Below, piece by piece: positions 30,212-41,548 of a stretch of DNA of 64,000 nucleotides (positions within the stretch are counted from its first letter, which is position 1; each line of letters begins with the position of its first letter). Below the pieces are notes generated by a model. The model saw only the letters and a list, made by a program, of their open reading frames with translations, was not told the origin of the DNA and searched no databases. Source of the DNA: a virus (lineage: Duplodnaviria > Caudoviricetes); the IMG/VR virus record IMGVR_UViG_3300011480_000001, positions 27,263 to 91,262 of that record; one strand, 5' to 3'. The translations under genes and the position numbers were made by a program.

Positions 30212-30745
30212 TTTCTGTATCTCCTTGTAAGTTTGAATAATTTTCTAATATTCATCAACAACACACTTAAAGCTAGCCTCTAGAATCTCCCCTTCCATAG
30301 CCACCGCTTTATAACGCTCTACAGCATCTTTATACATCTGATCATAGCTCTCATTCTTACTGTCTTGATATTCTTCATACATGCGCTCGATACAATCCTG
30401 GTTAGACAGATCAGAGTCAATGACATATTCCTCACTTTGTACATGAGTAGAAAAGGTAAGGATGAGGGCATAAGTGATCATACTATTATCTCCAATAATG
30501 TAGTACTTGGTTTTCAGATAACTTTTACAGAATCCTTGATTTGTTTTGCATAGCTTTCCCATACCATACGATCAGAGATGCTGTTCTTGTAGAACTCTAC
30601 TTTAGCCATTGCTTCGTCAAGAAGCTTTTGATTCTTAGCATTAACAGCTTTGACAGTGTTGTTCGAAGCTTTGAATTTGATCATTTCGATAATGGATTTC
30701 ATTTGTAAGCTTCCTGTGTTTTATTGTTTGCTTCTGATACGTGTA

Positions 30746-30774
30746 AGCTTAGTGGAAAGCTCTCTGTGTGTCAA
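30746..30774 (-). promoter_or_regulatory. sigma70 promoter
   Basis: TTGACA-N17-TAAGCT. Confidence 0.65.
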
Positions 30775-31335
30775 GGATTATTTGAGAGCTTTCTGTAAAT
30801 TTACTTACCTTAGTATGGTCCGTAATAGTCGTTCCACCGTTTGACATACTCCCAGGCAAGCCACTCCTCCATGCTTAACAGTTGGCAAGCAGAAAGAAGG
30901 CTCAGATCACCCTCCAAGACAACATAGTCGGCAATACCAATGTATTCCTCATCAGAATCCACCAGGCGATCTACCTTGAGAACAAAGGTTTCAGCTACGC
31001 CGGAAGCATCAAAAGCATCGTATGTAAAGATATTATTCATGTTGTTTATCCGGTAGATAACGTTGTGTGTTTCGTTGTTTGGGGGCTTTAAGCCCCCCTT
31101 GTTTGATTACTTAGCAAGGATAAATCTATAACGATCATGTGTTTTGATCCAATCCCATGCTACACCATCAATAATAACTGTACCCAATGGAAGGCCAACC
31201 AGACCGTCCTTTTCGACTTTTAACGGCTTATTGAAAGCCAAATCAATAGCTTCATCAAGGCAGAATACAACCATATCAGAACGAAGAATTTCCATTGTGT
31301 CTCTCCTTAAAGGTTTATTTCGTTTCGTTGGTGTA

Positions 31336-31364
31336 ATTCTAGGTTCTTATAGTGCTTGTGTCAA
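31336..31364 (-). promoter_or_regulatory. sigma70 promoter
   Basis: TTGACA-N17-TAGAAT. Confidence 0.8.
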
Positions 31365-32363
31365 GCTTTATTTTCAAGAATTCTTAAGATTTCTCCAAAA
31401 GCTTTATGGCTGATCCCCTCTTGTAGAGGCTTATTCCAACGGTCATATATCGGCAATTGAGGCACTGAAGAAAGTTCCTGACATTTCTGATACATCTCCT
31501 GAGCGCTGTCAAAACTAGCTTTAAAGCAGATGCTGATCTTCTGGAACGTCCACCATGCCTGGTATGTGCCAGATGTTGCACAATGGCTTGTGTGTAGTGA
31601 TTCAACAGGCAATACTTTACAAGCCTCTAGACAATCTTGTAGCTCGTTCTGGCGGTAATAGTGCTTTCCACTGAAAACCATCTCTTCAATAAACATGTTT
31701 AATTATTCCTGGTTGTCAAAGGCTTTGAACATCTTTTTACACATTGATTGGAAATTACCATCGAGGGGTTGACAATCAGCTGTCTCGCAAGAATTCCATT
31801 GCATAAGCTCATCCTTAAGATAAGAGTATGTAAATGTCTTTTCTTGTTTTAATTCTTGGCTATATGCCTGGATGAATAACCCACGACCAAAGCCCATGAT
31901 AACAAAATTAATTGTAATCACTTCCCATGTGTCGCCAAGATCATCTTCAAAGTGCGGCATGTAATTGAACATGGTGTTTCTCCTTAATTAATCTTCAAAT
32001 GGTATCAAACCGAATTGGCGTATACACAGCATAATCTTCGCTAAGGCTTGTAAACACTTTATTGTATTTAGCTTGCCAATGAGGGACAGTCAACACAACG
32101 TCAACGTCCATAAGCTTTGTGTGTATGAAGACAAGAAGAGATTTCATCTTATGTCAAATCCCGAAACGATGAGTCAGAATGCTATCACGAGCTTTGGGAG
32201 TCATTTTGTTGCCATAGCGATGAGATTCACGGATAGCTGCATGGGCACGTTCTGCATCAGATAAAGAGATTTTGTTATCACGGAATGCTTGTTGAATTCG
32301 TGCATCCAGTTGAGTCATGTTCATAATCTTTCTCCTAAGGGGTTTGTCTTACTTTGTGTGTTC

Positions 32364-32392
32364 ATTATGGACTCAAGGATGAGTCGTGTCAA
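32364..32392 (-). promoter_or_regulatory. sigma70 promoter
   Basis: TTGACA-N17-CATAAT. Confidence 0.75.
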
Positions 32393-32435
32393 AGACTTTT
32401 TGTGTAAAATTGGTAATTTATTTTTGAAATTTGTA

Positions 32436-32464
32436 TTGACAGGGCGGTTATATCTTGCCATAAT
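32436..32464 (+). promoter_or_regulatory. sigma70 promoter firing against the direction of the region
   Basis: TTGACA-N17-CATAAT with extended TGn. Confidence 0.75.
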
Positions 32465-32470
32465 GATCGC

Positions 32471-32560
32471 ACAAGGCGAGGATAGTGGCTCGGAGACAAA
32501 CACCTATCTCGTCTATAGGAAAGCATAAGGGCATAAAAGAAAAGAGCCTTTCGGCTCCTC
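32471..32560 (+). ncRNA. Candidate small RNA
   Basis: Downstream of the 32436 promoter; stem AGGCGA-GATAG/CTATC-TCGTCT; ends at the GAGCC-TTTC-GGCTC hairpin; no usable ORF. Confidence 0.45.
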
Positions 32561-33242
32561 TCCTTATTGCGTCTTTAGAAATCACTATTGTCGTACTGGG
32601 CTTTGGTTGCTTACATCAGAATTCAGTATCAGGACATTTAAGTATCCACTCCTTAACGATGCTGCGCATCTCTTCTTCTGTATAGTCGCCGCTGAGAAAG
32701 CGCTGTTCATCGAAGCTTTCGTACAACGTCATATCGTCTTCAAAGAGTACGGCATTGGTAAGTTCGTCTTTGTTCATATCTTCAACTGCTTTCATGGTGG
32801 TCGCTCCGTTTCTGTTTGGTATGGGTGTAGTATAAACCAATCGAACTCAGTGTCAAGCTTTATTTGTAAGAAAGCTTCCCGCCTTTAAACATAGCTTTAT
32901 GGCGTTCATCTTGCAGTTTCTCGGATTTATGGGCGAAGTATGCCACGATTGCAAAGCCCACTGGGATCGACATAGTAACCAGAGCCAGTACCAATTTGAG
33001 CAGGAGGATGGAGGTCAAGAAGGACATTTGTGTTACTCCGTGGTGTTTGCTTTGTATGGGTTCATTCTACAAAGAATGACACATGCTGTCTACACAAAGA
33101 TTTCTATCGGGTACTCACGCTTAATAGATTTTACCTAATTCCAAATAGCGCCCACAGGCTGCCTCTAGAGTGGCTCCGTAAAATGAGTATAGTAGCCATT
33201 AATCGGAAGAGTCAAGCAATTCTTTAGATTTTCTTCTGGCAT

Positions 33243-33267
33243 AAAGAAAGCGCCCGAAGGCGCTCTT
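33243..33267 (-). terminator. Rho-independent terminator (UUCG loop)
   Basis: GAGCGCC-TTCG-GGCGCTT-TCTTT; near-identical copy at 34029-34053. Confidence 0.8.
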
Positions 33268-33746
33268 AAGTAGCGATATGGTTTTACTCGGCTAACCCTG
33301 CTTCGATAATAGCCTGACGCATTGCATGACGTTTCATCACTACGTCAATACTTTCGGATGCCCTGGCACCAACAATCTTGCGCAATTCCATGTGTTGCTG
33401 CATGGTGCGGTACTGAGCCTTGATTGTTTTCAGGTTAGCTTCGGCTTTAGTGTTCAGTTCTTGGCGAGTCATGGCTGTTTTCCTGTGACAGTTGTTTTGC
33501 TTCGTTGATGTAATTATCATCCGAAACGAATACTTGTGCAAGCTTTTTCTTCAATTCTTTTTGGTTACAATCTCAGCCTTAGCTTCAACAGGATAACCAA
33601 GACGTTCTAGTAGCATCAAGACGGCACTATAGTTCATGAAGCTAGCTACCTTCTCAGTGCCGATTATTTTACCTTCGTGGATGATTTTGTAAGTTTTCAT
33701 GTCTTATCTCCAGTTTGTCAGGACATTTTGTCCTTTCTTGAGGCTA

Positions 33747-33775
33747 ATTTTAGAGTGGAGCGGATGTGTTGTCAA
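33747..33775 (-). promoter_or_regulatory. sigma70 promoter
   Basis: TTGACA-N17-TAAAAT. Confidence 0.75.
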
Positions 33776-34028
33776 GCATCTTTTTAGCTTTTCTTTTCTC
33801 TATTTTCTCTTTGATCCGAAGCTTCGCCTCTTCTCGTTGCTGCCCTTGAGATGGGAGCATTAGACGTAGTGACAGGAACTCTGTGGCCTCTTCCTGGGTC
33901 ATCCACAGGATACCAGCATATTGCAGATGTGGATTGTGCGGCGCTTGATTCATTCGAGATTCAGACAAGGCGCCTAATTCATCCATTCTTGCAATTATTT
34001 CTTGTTGTGTCATTTTCTCAATTCTCAT

Positions 34029-34053
34029 AAAGAAAGCGCCCGGAGGCGCTCTT
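34029..34053 (-). terminator. Rho-independent terminator
   Basis: GAGCGCC-TCCG-GGCGCTT-TCTTT. Confidence 0.8.
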
Positions 34054-34341
34054 GTTAAACTGTGTTTACTTCCAAAGACGACCTGCATTAGCCTCGTCTG
34101 CACAATGTTGAGCAGCCTTAACCATAAGCTTGGCCACTTGCTCAATTACTTTAGGCACTTCCATCTCAAAGGCTTTACGAGCCAAGTTAACAGACTGACC
34201 ATTTGCTTTGGCTACTACTTGCAAGGCATCTTCAAGGGCGATCTTAACGAAAGCTGGCGAGGACATGAAAGCTTGAGCGGTGTAGTTGGTCATGATCTTT
34301 TCTCTTGGTTGCGGGTAGCTGTTTGCTTCCCTATGGCTGAC

Positions 34342-34370
34342 ATTCTAAGCTTCCTCATTCTCTGTGTCAA
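34342..34370 (-). promoter_or_regulatory. sigma70 promoter
   Basis: TTGACA-N17-TAGAAT. Confidence 0.8.
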
Positions 34371-35190
34371 CGCCTTTTTGCAAAAATTCTAGTAATTCCT
34401 CTTCACTGGTGTCTGTGTGGTCATGCCAATCTCGATATAACACTTTGTGTTCAATAGGGTGAATCCACCTGGCGCATTGCTTATCTGGACTGATGCAGAA
34501 TCGAAATCCTTGCTCTCTCAGGCTCATTCCTCAATCTCCATAGAATCCGCTGTAGTCTACTAAAGGCTGTTTCCTACTTTCCCAAACATCTTCACTACTG
34601 AGATTACTAAATCCATATTCTGTATCAACTTTCTCATACCCAAAAGAAGACCACTTATACAAACGTTCTGTCTTCCTGTCATATCTATAGCATGAATCAG
34701 AATTAGAGAGCCATACAGTATTGCTTTCGATGTATGAGATTGTTAATAGAATGTAGTTGTACTGATCTAAAAAGAGTCGGTATTGTTCGCCTTCTTTAAA
34801 GTTTTTCATTGTTTTCAGCATCCTTCATAATTTCTCTTACACACCTTGCAGCAGCTTGATAGCTAATGGTGCCTTCAATGTGTCGAGACAAAACAGAGGC
34901 TTCAATAGGATCTACACTTTCAAACAAAGGTTTGACAAGTTTTTCAATCTCATAGATCAAATCATTGATTTCTTTTGATTCAATACGACCATATTTATCT
35001 AGATGCTTCATCACACACTCTCCCAAGCTATACGTTTAAAACCCCTTACAACATTATTCTTACGCTTATTTGTCTTTTTAGGGTTAGACACTTCTTCTTG
35101 TTTCTGTTTAGCCGAACGTTTAATAGCTTCAAAAGAGATGTGTGCTTCATTCATGTTGTGAAGAGATGTATAGTTGATTTTCATTTATTT

Positions 35191-35550
35191 TTACTCAGTA
35201 ACCTTTTTAATAGCTTCAATAACAGCACATTGAATCTGTGCTTTAAGTTGGACTTCACCACCTCGCCAGTCTGCATCTAGAATGTACATAATCCTTTTCA
35301 TGCAGTCTAAGGCAACTTGGTCAGTATTAGGCGCTGTATTTGCCACTCGCTTCTCAATCATTTTCCAAACCTTTTCATATTCAGGCCAATCAGATTCTAC
35401 AACAACACAATCTACAAACGCATGCCCAGCCAACTTCTCAATTTCAGCCTCGACAGAATAGCCCACGAAAGCGCCTGTGTATGGTTTCTTCTGTGCTAGC
35501 TTTGAAAGCTTAATTACAATGTAGCGTTGTTCTTTATTAAAGTTGCTCAT
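35191..35550 (-). CDS. Hypothetical protein, paralog of 25528-25722 with a C-terminal extension
   Basis: GGAG RBS before MSNFNK; shared DCVVVESDWPEYEKVW. Confidence 0.75.
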   Translation of the reverse strand: MSNFNKEQRYIVIKLSKLAQKKPYTGAFVGYSVEAEIEKLAGHAFVDCVVVESDWPEYEKVWKMIEKRVANTAPNTDQVALDCMKRIMYILDADWRGGEVQLKAQIQCAVIEAIKKVTE

Positions 35551-36008
35551 TCTCAATTCTCCACAATACGAGAGCTTGTGTAAACACAAGCAAGCCACAC
35601 GCCATTTTCCCGCCAAAGCTTGTAGCTCTGTTTTATGTTGCTTGCTTCTGCAAGCTGTTGCCAAGTTTGAATGTTTTGTAATGCTATGTCAAGAGAATTC
35701 ATGATTATTCTTCCTCTGGATACAAATCATATTTCTTGCAAATCTCGTCAATGTCTAGACGACCTTTGAATGTCTGAATCATACCATCATAAACAAATGA
35801 TTGAAACAGATATTTCTGCCCTTTTACAATCTTCCAGCCATCTTGCTGGGCAGACTCAATAACTTTCCATTCATCTGGCGTTACATCTTGTTCACCATAG
35901 TTTGATCTATCCCACCAGTAGCAGGCGTCACAACGATGTTCTTTATTTGCTTTTCGGATTTGTTCAATAAGGATTTGCATAGTGCTCTCTCAGAAAATAA
36001 GTTTTACT

Positions 36009-36635
36009 TTAAAACACAAGTTTCGCCGCTGTTAAAGCTATTGTGCTGCAAACCACGAAGTATGTAAATTGATGATTATTAATCCAATCTGCCACTTTCG
36101 ATAGCTTTGATCTATCACAAGAGATAGCAGGCTTTTTAGCTGCTTTAAAACGATTTCCCTCTGTAGCAATACGTTTGCTTGTCTTAAAGCTTTTCTCGCT
36201 TTTTACATGTGTTTTTCCCAAAGAAATAGCTTCTTCCTCTTCGATTTCAAATGGAGCGCGTACAGATTTTGCTTTAGCTAATAGAGCTTCAGCTCTTGAG
36301 CGCTTATTTGCAAGGACAGAAAGGAGCATAGAATACTCATCAATGTCAATGTTTCCAGCTTTGTACTCAGCTACCAAGTCTCTCATTTGATTTGTAAGCG
36401 TAGTGACACGGCGTTGCTGTGGTAGAATCCGATCTTGGATGCTGACAGAGGATTTCTTCTTAGGTTTACGGGCTTCGATAGCTTCATCACTGAAACCTTG
36501 AAAGTTCGGTTTACCATTACGATCAAAAGTAGGAACTTCGGTAGAAGTTGCGTTTCTTCCTCCTGCCTGTTGTCCATTGTATTCAGGTTCATTCTCATGG
36601 CTTCCTACCCATGTTTGGATTGCATAATAGCGCAT
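36009..36635 (-). CDS. Hypothetical protein with a C-terminal membrane anchor
   Basis: 208 aa; own promoter at 36672-36700 (TTGACA-N17-TAAGAT). Confidence 0.7.
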   Translation of the reverse strand: MRYYAIQTWVGSHENEPEYNGQQAGGRNATSTEVPTFDRNGKPNFQGFSDEAIEARKPKKKSSVSIQDRILPQQRRVTTLTNQMRDLVAEYKAGNIDIDEYSMLLSVLANKRSRAEALLAKAKSVRAPFEIEEEEAISLGKTHVKSEKSFKTSKRIATEGNRFKAAKKPAISCDRSKLSKVADWINNHQFTYFVVCSTIALTAAKLVF

Positions 36636-36706
36636 AGCAAAAATCCCCTAAAACCTTACCTGTTGAGTAGAATCTTAGGGGATTTTGGATAGCGTGTCAA
36701 GCCTTT

Positions 36707-37135
36707 TTACAGAGCTTTTCCTTCGACTTTTGGTGTTTCTTTCGTTTCGGGTGCTTTCAGAGCCTCGTCAATCTTCTGTTCCAACAGATCAACAGCTTTA
36801 CCACCGATGCGTTTACCTGTCTCGCTGGTCAAGACATTGTAGGTTACACCAGACCCTACAATAATTGCTAGTTCTTTCTGTGATGGCAGGAAATGCCCAA
36901 TCGTACCGAATACAAAACCAATTGGCATAAGCCATTTACAGGCAGATTTAATGAATTTAGAAACCACATGATTCCAAGTTTCTTCGAACTCATCGTCTGC
37001 AATGCCTGAGATTACAGAAATAATCGTTAACAGTCCAAGTGCAATACCGGGAATCCAGAACAAAGCCCATGCTGTTGACAAAGCTACTGCAAACTTTTCA
37101 ATACAAACAAACAGATAAATTAACAGCCATTCCAT
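36707..37135 (-). CDS. Hypothetical membrane protein
   Basis: Several transmembrane segments. Confidence 0.7.
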   Translation of the reverse strand: MEWLLIYLFVCIEKFAVALSTAWALFWIPGIALGLLTIISVISGIADDEFEETWNHVVSKFIKSACKWLMPIGFVFGTIGHFLPSQKELAIIVGSGVTYNVLTSETGKRIGGKAVDLLEQKIDEALKAPETKETPKVEGKAL

Positions 37136-37145
37136 ACCTTGCTCC

Positions 37146-37568
37146 TTATTTCAAAGATTTTGGTGTAACAGCATCCAAAGCAGCACCACCATCAGCTTTA
37201 ACGTCAATATCAGGCAGGATGGTTTGTGGTTTGAAGATTACACGATAGTGATAAACACTAACATCTGATCCTTCAAGCTGCTCACTAAAATAAGTTACAT
37301 TGTCACTAAGGCCAAGAGAATGTTTCTTGTACTCCCGAGGACCAACTTTGCAAGTTACATCAAGCTTTCGTGCTGTGCTTGCATCAAACGAGCAACGACC
37401 TTCAAGAGATAGCATATAATCACCTGTAATTCCGTTATAGAACACAATGCGACGACTTACTTCAAAGTTATCAGCGGCTTGTGATAGATTTCGTGAAGCA
37501 ACACGAGCATCGTTATCACAACCAGCCAACAGAGCAAAGCATGCAGCAATAATAGTAAACTTTTTCAT
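37146..37568 (-). CDS. Phage lipoprotein
   Basis: LAGC lipobox; ADNFEVSRRIVFYNGITG and KKHSLGLSDNVTYF are typical of a widespread phage lipoprotein family. Confidence 0.8.
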   Translation of the reverse strand: MKKFTIIAACFALLAGCDNDARVASRNLSQAADNFEVSRRIVFYNGITGDYMLSLEGRCSFDASTARKLDVTCKVGPREYKKHSLGLSDNVTYFSEQLEGSDVSVYHYRVIFKPQTILPDIDVKADGGAALDAVTPKSLK

Positions 37569-38591
37569 TTATTTCTCCTTATTTAAATACTTCCACGTAC
37601 ATCTGAGCTTCTTTATCGAACGTCCAGCTTCGCCCCATTACTGTGTAATCAGCTTTATTATTTGCGAAAGCTTTAGCACCAACACCACAAGCTTTACGAA
37701 GTTCTAGAATCTCTCGTTCTGGATAGCCACCATTGTAGCCTTTACGTTCTACCTCTTGAGCACACACATTGAAATAACTATTAAACAAAGCTTCCTTTTG
37801 TTTTGTATGTGCTGTATATCGGTCATATACTTGTACAGATGCGAGGACGACAGATCCAACAGCAATATGCACTGTTGCCACTCCAAGTAAGATTGATATG
37901 AATTTATTCATTTGAAATAGCTCTCCGCTTTCAGCTTTTCTTGTTTATACTGGTTAGAAACTTTTTCTACTTCTTTTCGTTGCATCGCTTCTACCGAAGC
38001 TTTGTGTGACTTTACATCACGTTGCATTTCAGTGATAGCTTCATTAAGCGCTTTATCCCAAGCACCACTTTCAAACTTGTCTGGATTATGACCATAGCCC
38101 GATTGTTTCCAATAGGTTGCAGAGATGATTTCAAAGGGCTTTTCATCAGTCAAAATGTAAGCCCTTACCGAATTTCCTGTATCGTGGCAATGCACTTGGA
38201 AGGCGAATCGACCTTTCACCACAGCATAAGTGTGGTATGGAAAATGACAGCCTTTCAAACTAGATTCAGCTGATTTGCAGCAACTAAGTCCGTTTCGTTG
38301 CATATAGGCCAGAATTACATCCAAACTGTCTTGTCCGTTACTATTCATCTCAAATCTCCTAATTTAAATTAATTTAGCCTTTCAGCTTGTCTGCCATCAC
38401 ATTGTAGACTGCTTCAATCTCTTTTGCAAGCTCTATTTCATCTGCTTGACTGATTGTTCTGTCCATAATCCAAGCTTCTGTGAGACTCAAGCTTCTTTGA
38501 TAAGCGGCATACAGAAACTCATGTGAGCTTTGTTTGAGCATCAATCCATAGCTGTTACGGATGTAAGCTATTTTCTCTGATGTTGTCATGA

Positions 38592-38747
38592 TTAATCTTC
38601 CGAATCTTCAAACAGGTCTAGGTAATCAGAGCTTTCTAGCCACTGCCTCTCTACATCGTCAACATCCCCACTAGGATCGGTCCTGTAATACCAATTTTCC
38701 CATGCTTTTTGAAAAAGATCAGCCATCTCTTGCATTTTATCGCTCAT
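38592..38747 (-). CDS. Small acidic protein (51 aa), not in the ORF track
   Basis: MSDKMQEMADLFQKAWENWYYRTDPSGDVDDVERQWLESSDYLDLFEDSED; paralog of 11475-11639. Confidence 0.7.
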   Translation of the reverse strand: MSDKMQEMADLFQKAWENWYYRTDPSGDVDDVERQWLESSDYLDLFEDSED

Positions 38748-39184
38748 TTCAAATCCTCTTTGTTTACATATACTTTAACCCAAGACTGTTCGCCGTTGGC
38801 GATAGCCAACATCCCAGACGCATAAAGCTTCCCTGATGCTGTTGCGTAGCCATATAGACTGAAGTCTGTAGGTTCTTGCTGGTTCAGATGCCATGCTACA
38901 GCAGCACACCAATTCGTTGTGCCTCGAAGATAGCGATGCGAATGATTGTCTGCATAGTCATAAGCTTTCAGTACTTGATCGAGCGTAATCATTCTTCCAA
39001 CCTCACAACCTGAGCAATAAAGTAATCTTCACGAGAATAGCCCTCTTCGACCATCCAGTCAATAAAGGTTTCAGCCTTTTCTTTTGTGTCAAATTCTGCT
39101 GCGCTTTCGGCGCTGAAGTCCAGGCAGATAGATGGAATTTTGTAGTCGTCGTTCTGAATCATCACAATATAACAAATCATTTTC

Positions 39185-39475
39185 TTATTCCTCATCGAAA
39201 TTATAAGATTTTCCATTGACTTTACAAGCTTTCAGCGTATTTAAACTGATCGCCCTAAACTCACCCTTAGCCATATCTACAGCCAGATAGTATCCAGGCT
39301 TGTTAGCGAACGGAGAAGGCTTCGCATTAGCGCTTCCATGACTGAAAGCAGATTCGATCCACTTCTTGCAGTTCATATGACGTACCGAGCCGTCTTTCTT
39401 TACGAAATCTACAGAGAAGAAGGTAGAACCTGCCGCGTCCAGAATCTTACGTTTGTCTTCGTTTGAGTATTTCAT
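39185..39475 (-). CDS. SH3/WYL-like beta-barrel protein (DUF2693-like)
   Basis: FFSVDFVKKDGSVRHM...DMAKGEFRAI. Confidence 0.55.
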   Translation of the reverse strand: MKYSNEDKRKILDAAGSTFFSVDFVKKDGSVRHMNCKKWIESAFSHGSANAKPSPFANKPGYYLAVDMAKGEFRAISLNTLKACKVNGKSYNFDEE

Positions 39476-39510
39476 GACTTTCATCCTGTGTGTTTTGCTT
39501 TGATGTAGGA

Positions 39511-39539
39511 ATCATAGCTTCATCAGCTTAGCATGTCAA
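39511..39539 (-). promoter_or_regulatory. sigma70 promoter
   Basis: TTGACA-N17-TATGAT. Confidence 0.75.
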
Positions 39540-39551
39540 CACATTTTTCAA

Positions 39552-39583
39552 AAATAAAAATAGGGGCACGAAGCCCCTATTAT
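39552..39583 (-). terminator. Rho-independent terminator
   Basis: AATAGGGGC-TTCGT-GCCCCTATT followed by TTTATTTTT. Confidence 0.8.
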
Positions 39584-39809
39584 TCAGTTGTTAATCCAAT
39601 GCTTTGCTGTCTGAAAAGCATCAGCCAAATCGTCTGTGTAATAGGTAGCACCGATTAGGAACTTATTATCTTCATAGAACCAAACACGATATTCTTCCCA
39701 CTCTTCGTTAAATTTTACTACTGCTTTCTTATTACCATTTACGTAGCTAGTAGGATAGGTGTTCATTCTCAACATCCTCACTTTTTGGTTTGTTGAGATA
39801 ATCTTAGTT

Positions 39810-40706
39810 TCAGTCAGTCTCTGTGTCAAGAAGATTTTTGAAAATTTCTTGCACGGCGCCTACCGTCCAGGCATTGCCAATTGCTTTGTATCGCTCCGAT
39901 GTTCTGACCATAGACGTATAATTATCAGGAAGCATTTGCAACCGTTCATACTCGACAGGAGTAAGGCGTGTAATCTGCCCATCTCTTGTAACATAGTTAC
40001 TATTCCAACTGGCATCAGATCGTGCTGTGAGGCAATTGGCCTTAATAGGATCAAGTACAGCATATCGTTTATCGAAACATTGCTGACCTTTCTCACTAAC
40101 CACCCACTTAGCTCGACCAGGTGTCAGGATGGATTCTTCTGGAACACCCTTTTCTAGAATGTCCTTGAGTACAACACCTTTATCTACTGGAAGCTCAAAA
40201 GGAATGTTTGTCCAATAGTAGCGTGCTCGATTTTGAGCAGAAACTAGGTTACTATTAAACAACTTCTCTTTTACACCCATCTCATTTGAGATTGCCGCAA
40301 TGCTTTTCTTATTACCCACTACATTCTCTAGAAGAAATTTAAGACTTGGGTTTTCTGCCTGGATTTCATGTTTAATACGAAGATATTGGTAAAATAAACC
40401 GCTCTTGCCATCTAAGCCAGAACCATCTCCTAGATTTGAAATCGATTGGCAGGGACTTCCTCCGATAAGTAAGTCAATCTTTCCTACTTGATACCCTCCA
40501 TTTTCAGTTGTCAGAATTCCATCTTTATAAAAGACTTTAGTTACATCTCCAATAGGGATCAATTCTTTGTGATTAGTAGTAGCAACTTTGATTGCATGTT
40601 TATCAATCTCAGCAGCGTAGTAATTATCTACAGCGATACCAAGATTCTTTAGTGCAACGAATCCGCAAGAAATCCCATCAAACAAACTCAATACATTAAT
40701 ACCCAT
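39810..40706 (-). CDS. DNA (cytosine-5) methyltransferase
   Basis: SLFDG, EID, GGSPCQ, LLENV, QNRAR, LTPVEYERLQ and YKAIGNAW motifs. Confidence 0.95.
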   Translation of the reverse strand: MGINVLSLFDGISCGFVALKNLGIAVDNYYAAEIDKHAIKVATTNHKELIPIGDVTKVFYKDGILTTENGGYQVGKIDLLIGGSPCQSISNLGDGSGLDGKSGLFYQYLRIKHEIQAENPSLKFLLENVVGNKKSIAAISNEMGVKEKLFNSNLVSAQNRARYYWTNIPFELPVDKGVVLKDILEKGVPEESILTPGRAKWVVSEKGQQCFDKRYAVLDPIKANCLTARSDASWNSNYVTRDGQITRLTPVEYERLQMLPDNYTSMVRTSERYKAIGNAWTVGAVQEIFKNLLDTETD

Positions 40707-41173
40707 TAAACTACTCCTTATTCCATATCATCAAAAATTCCAGCTTCTACCAACGTTTTGTGACTATTGTGTAACGCTATCCAATATTCCTTTGTGTCTT
40801 GATTGCCGTGTTCAGGAATGTCAGACCATATATCTAAATGAGAACTGTATGCGATTAGTGCAAGATTCAGTGCGTACCTAAGATCGTCTGCGGCCAGCCG
40901 AGCATTTTCGTTCTGTTCTGACTGAACAATGTCATCAAGAATTTGTAAAGCTTTTTGCTTATCGTAACTACTCATCTTTGTATTTCCTTGGCGCATCCAA
41001 AATCAGTTTATATCGGTCGTGGAAAACAATACCCAACGTCTTTGCTTTCAAGGCAAGTCTATTATAATCTTTTCTTGTAAACATAGAAATCTTTGCCATT
41101 GCTAAGAACATTTCCCAATCTGCGTACCAGCGCTCAAGGGCTGCTCTTGCTTCTAATTCATGCCACATCATAA

Positions 41174-41548
41174 TCATTCTCCAATAGTTACTTGAACACT
41201 TGTAATAAACTTTGCTTCGGCGATGGCTAGTCTACAGGATAAACAAGGCCAAGCATCCATTTTCTGTCCTTTACTACCAACTCTTGCTACATATAATGTA
41301 CAATCTTTCGGATTCATTTTAGCAGCTTTAATAATTGATCCTAGCTCACTATGAAGGTAGCAACGTTCTGGATCAAATCCAGCCTTCACACTGTAATGCT
41401 TTTGTAGTGTGTGACTTTTCTCATACAGATTTTGGCTTTCACTAAGGATTTTACCACGCTTAGAAACGATTAGTGAGTATACCCTTGCCCTTCCCTTGAT
41501 GTAAGGAATTGAACGTGCTTTATCTGTGCAGAGCTGTATAAAAGACAT
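41174..41548 (-). CDS. Cytidine/deoxycytidylate deaminase-fold protein
   Basis: LHSE...LYVAR...WPCLSC zinc motif. Confidence 0.7.
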   Translation of the reverse strand: MSFIQLCTDKARSIPYIKGRARVYSLIVSKRGKILSESQNLYEKSHTLQKHYSVKAGFDPERCYLHSELGSIIKAAKMNPKDCTLYVARVGSKGQKMDAWPCLSCRLAIAEAKFITSVQVTIGE

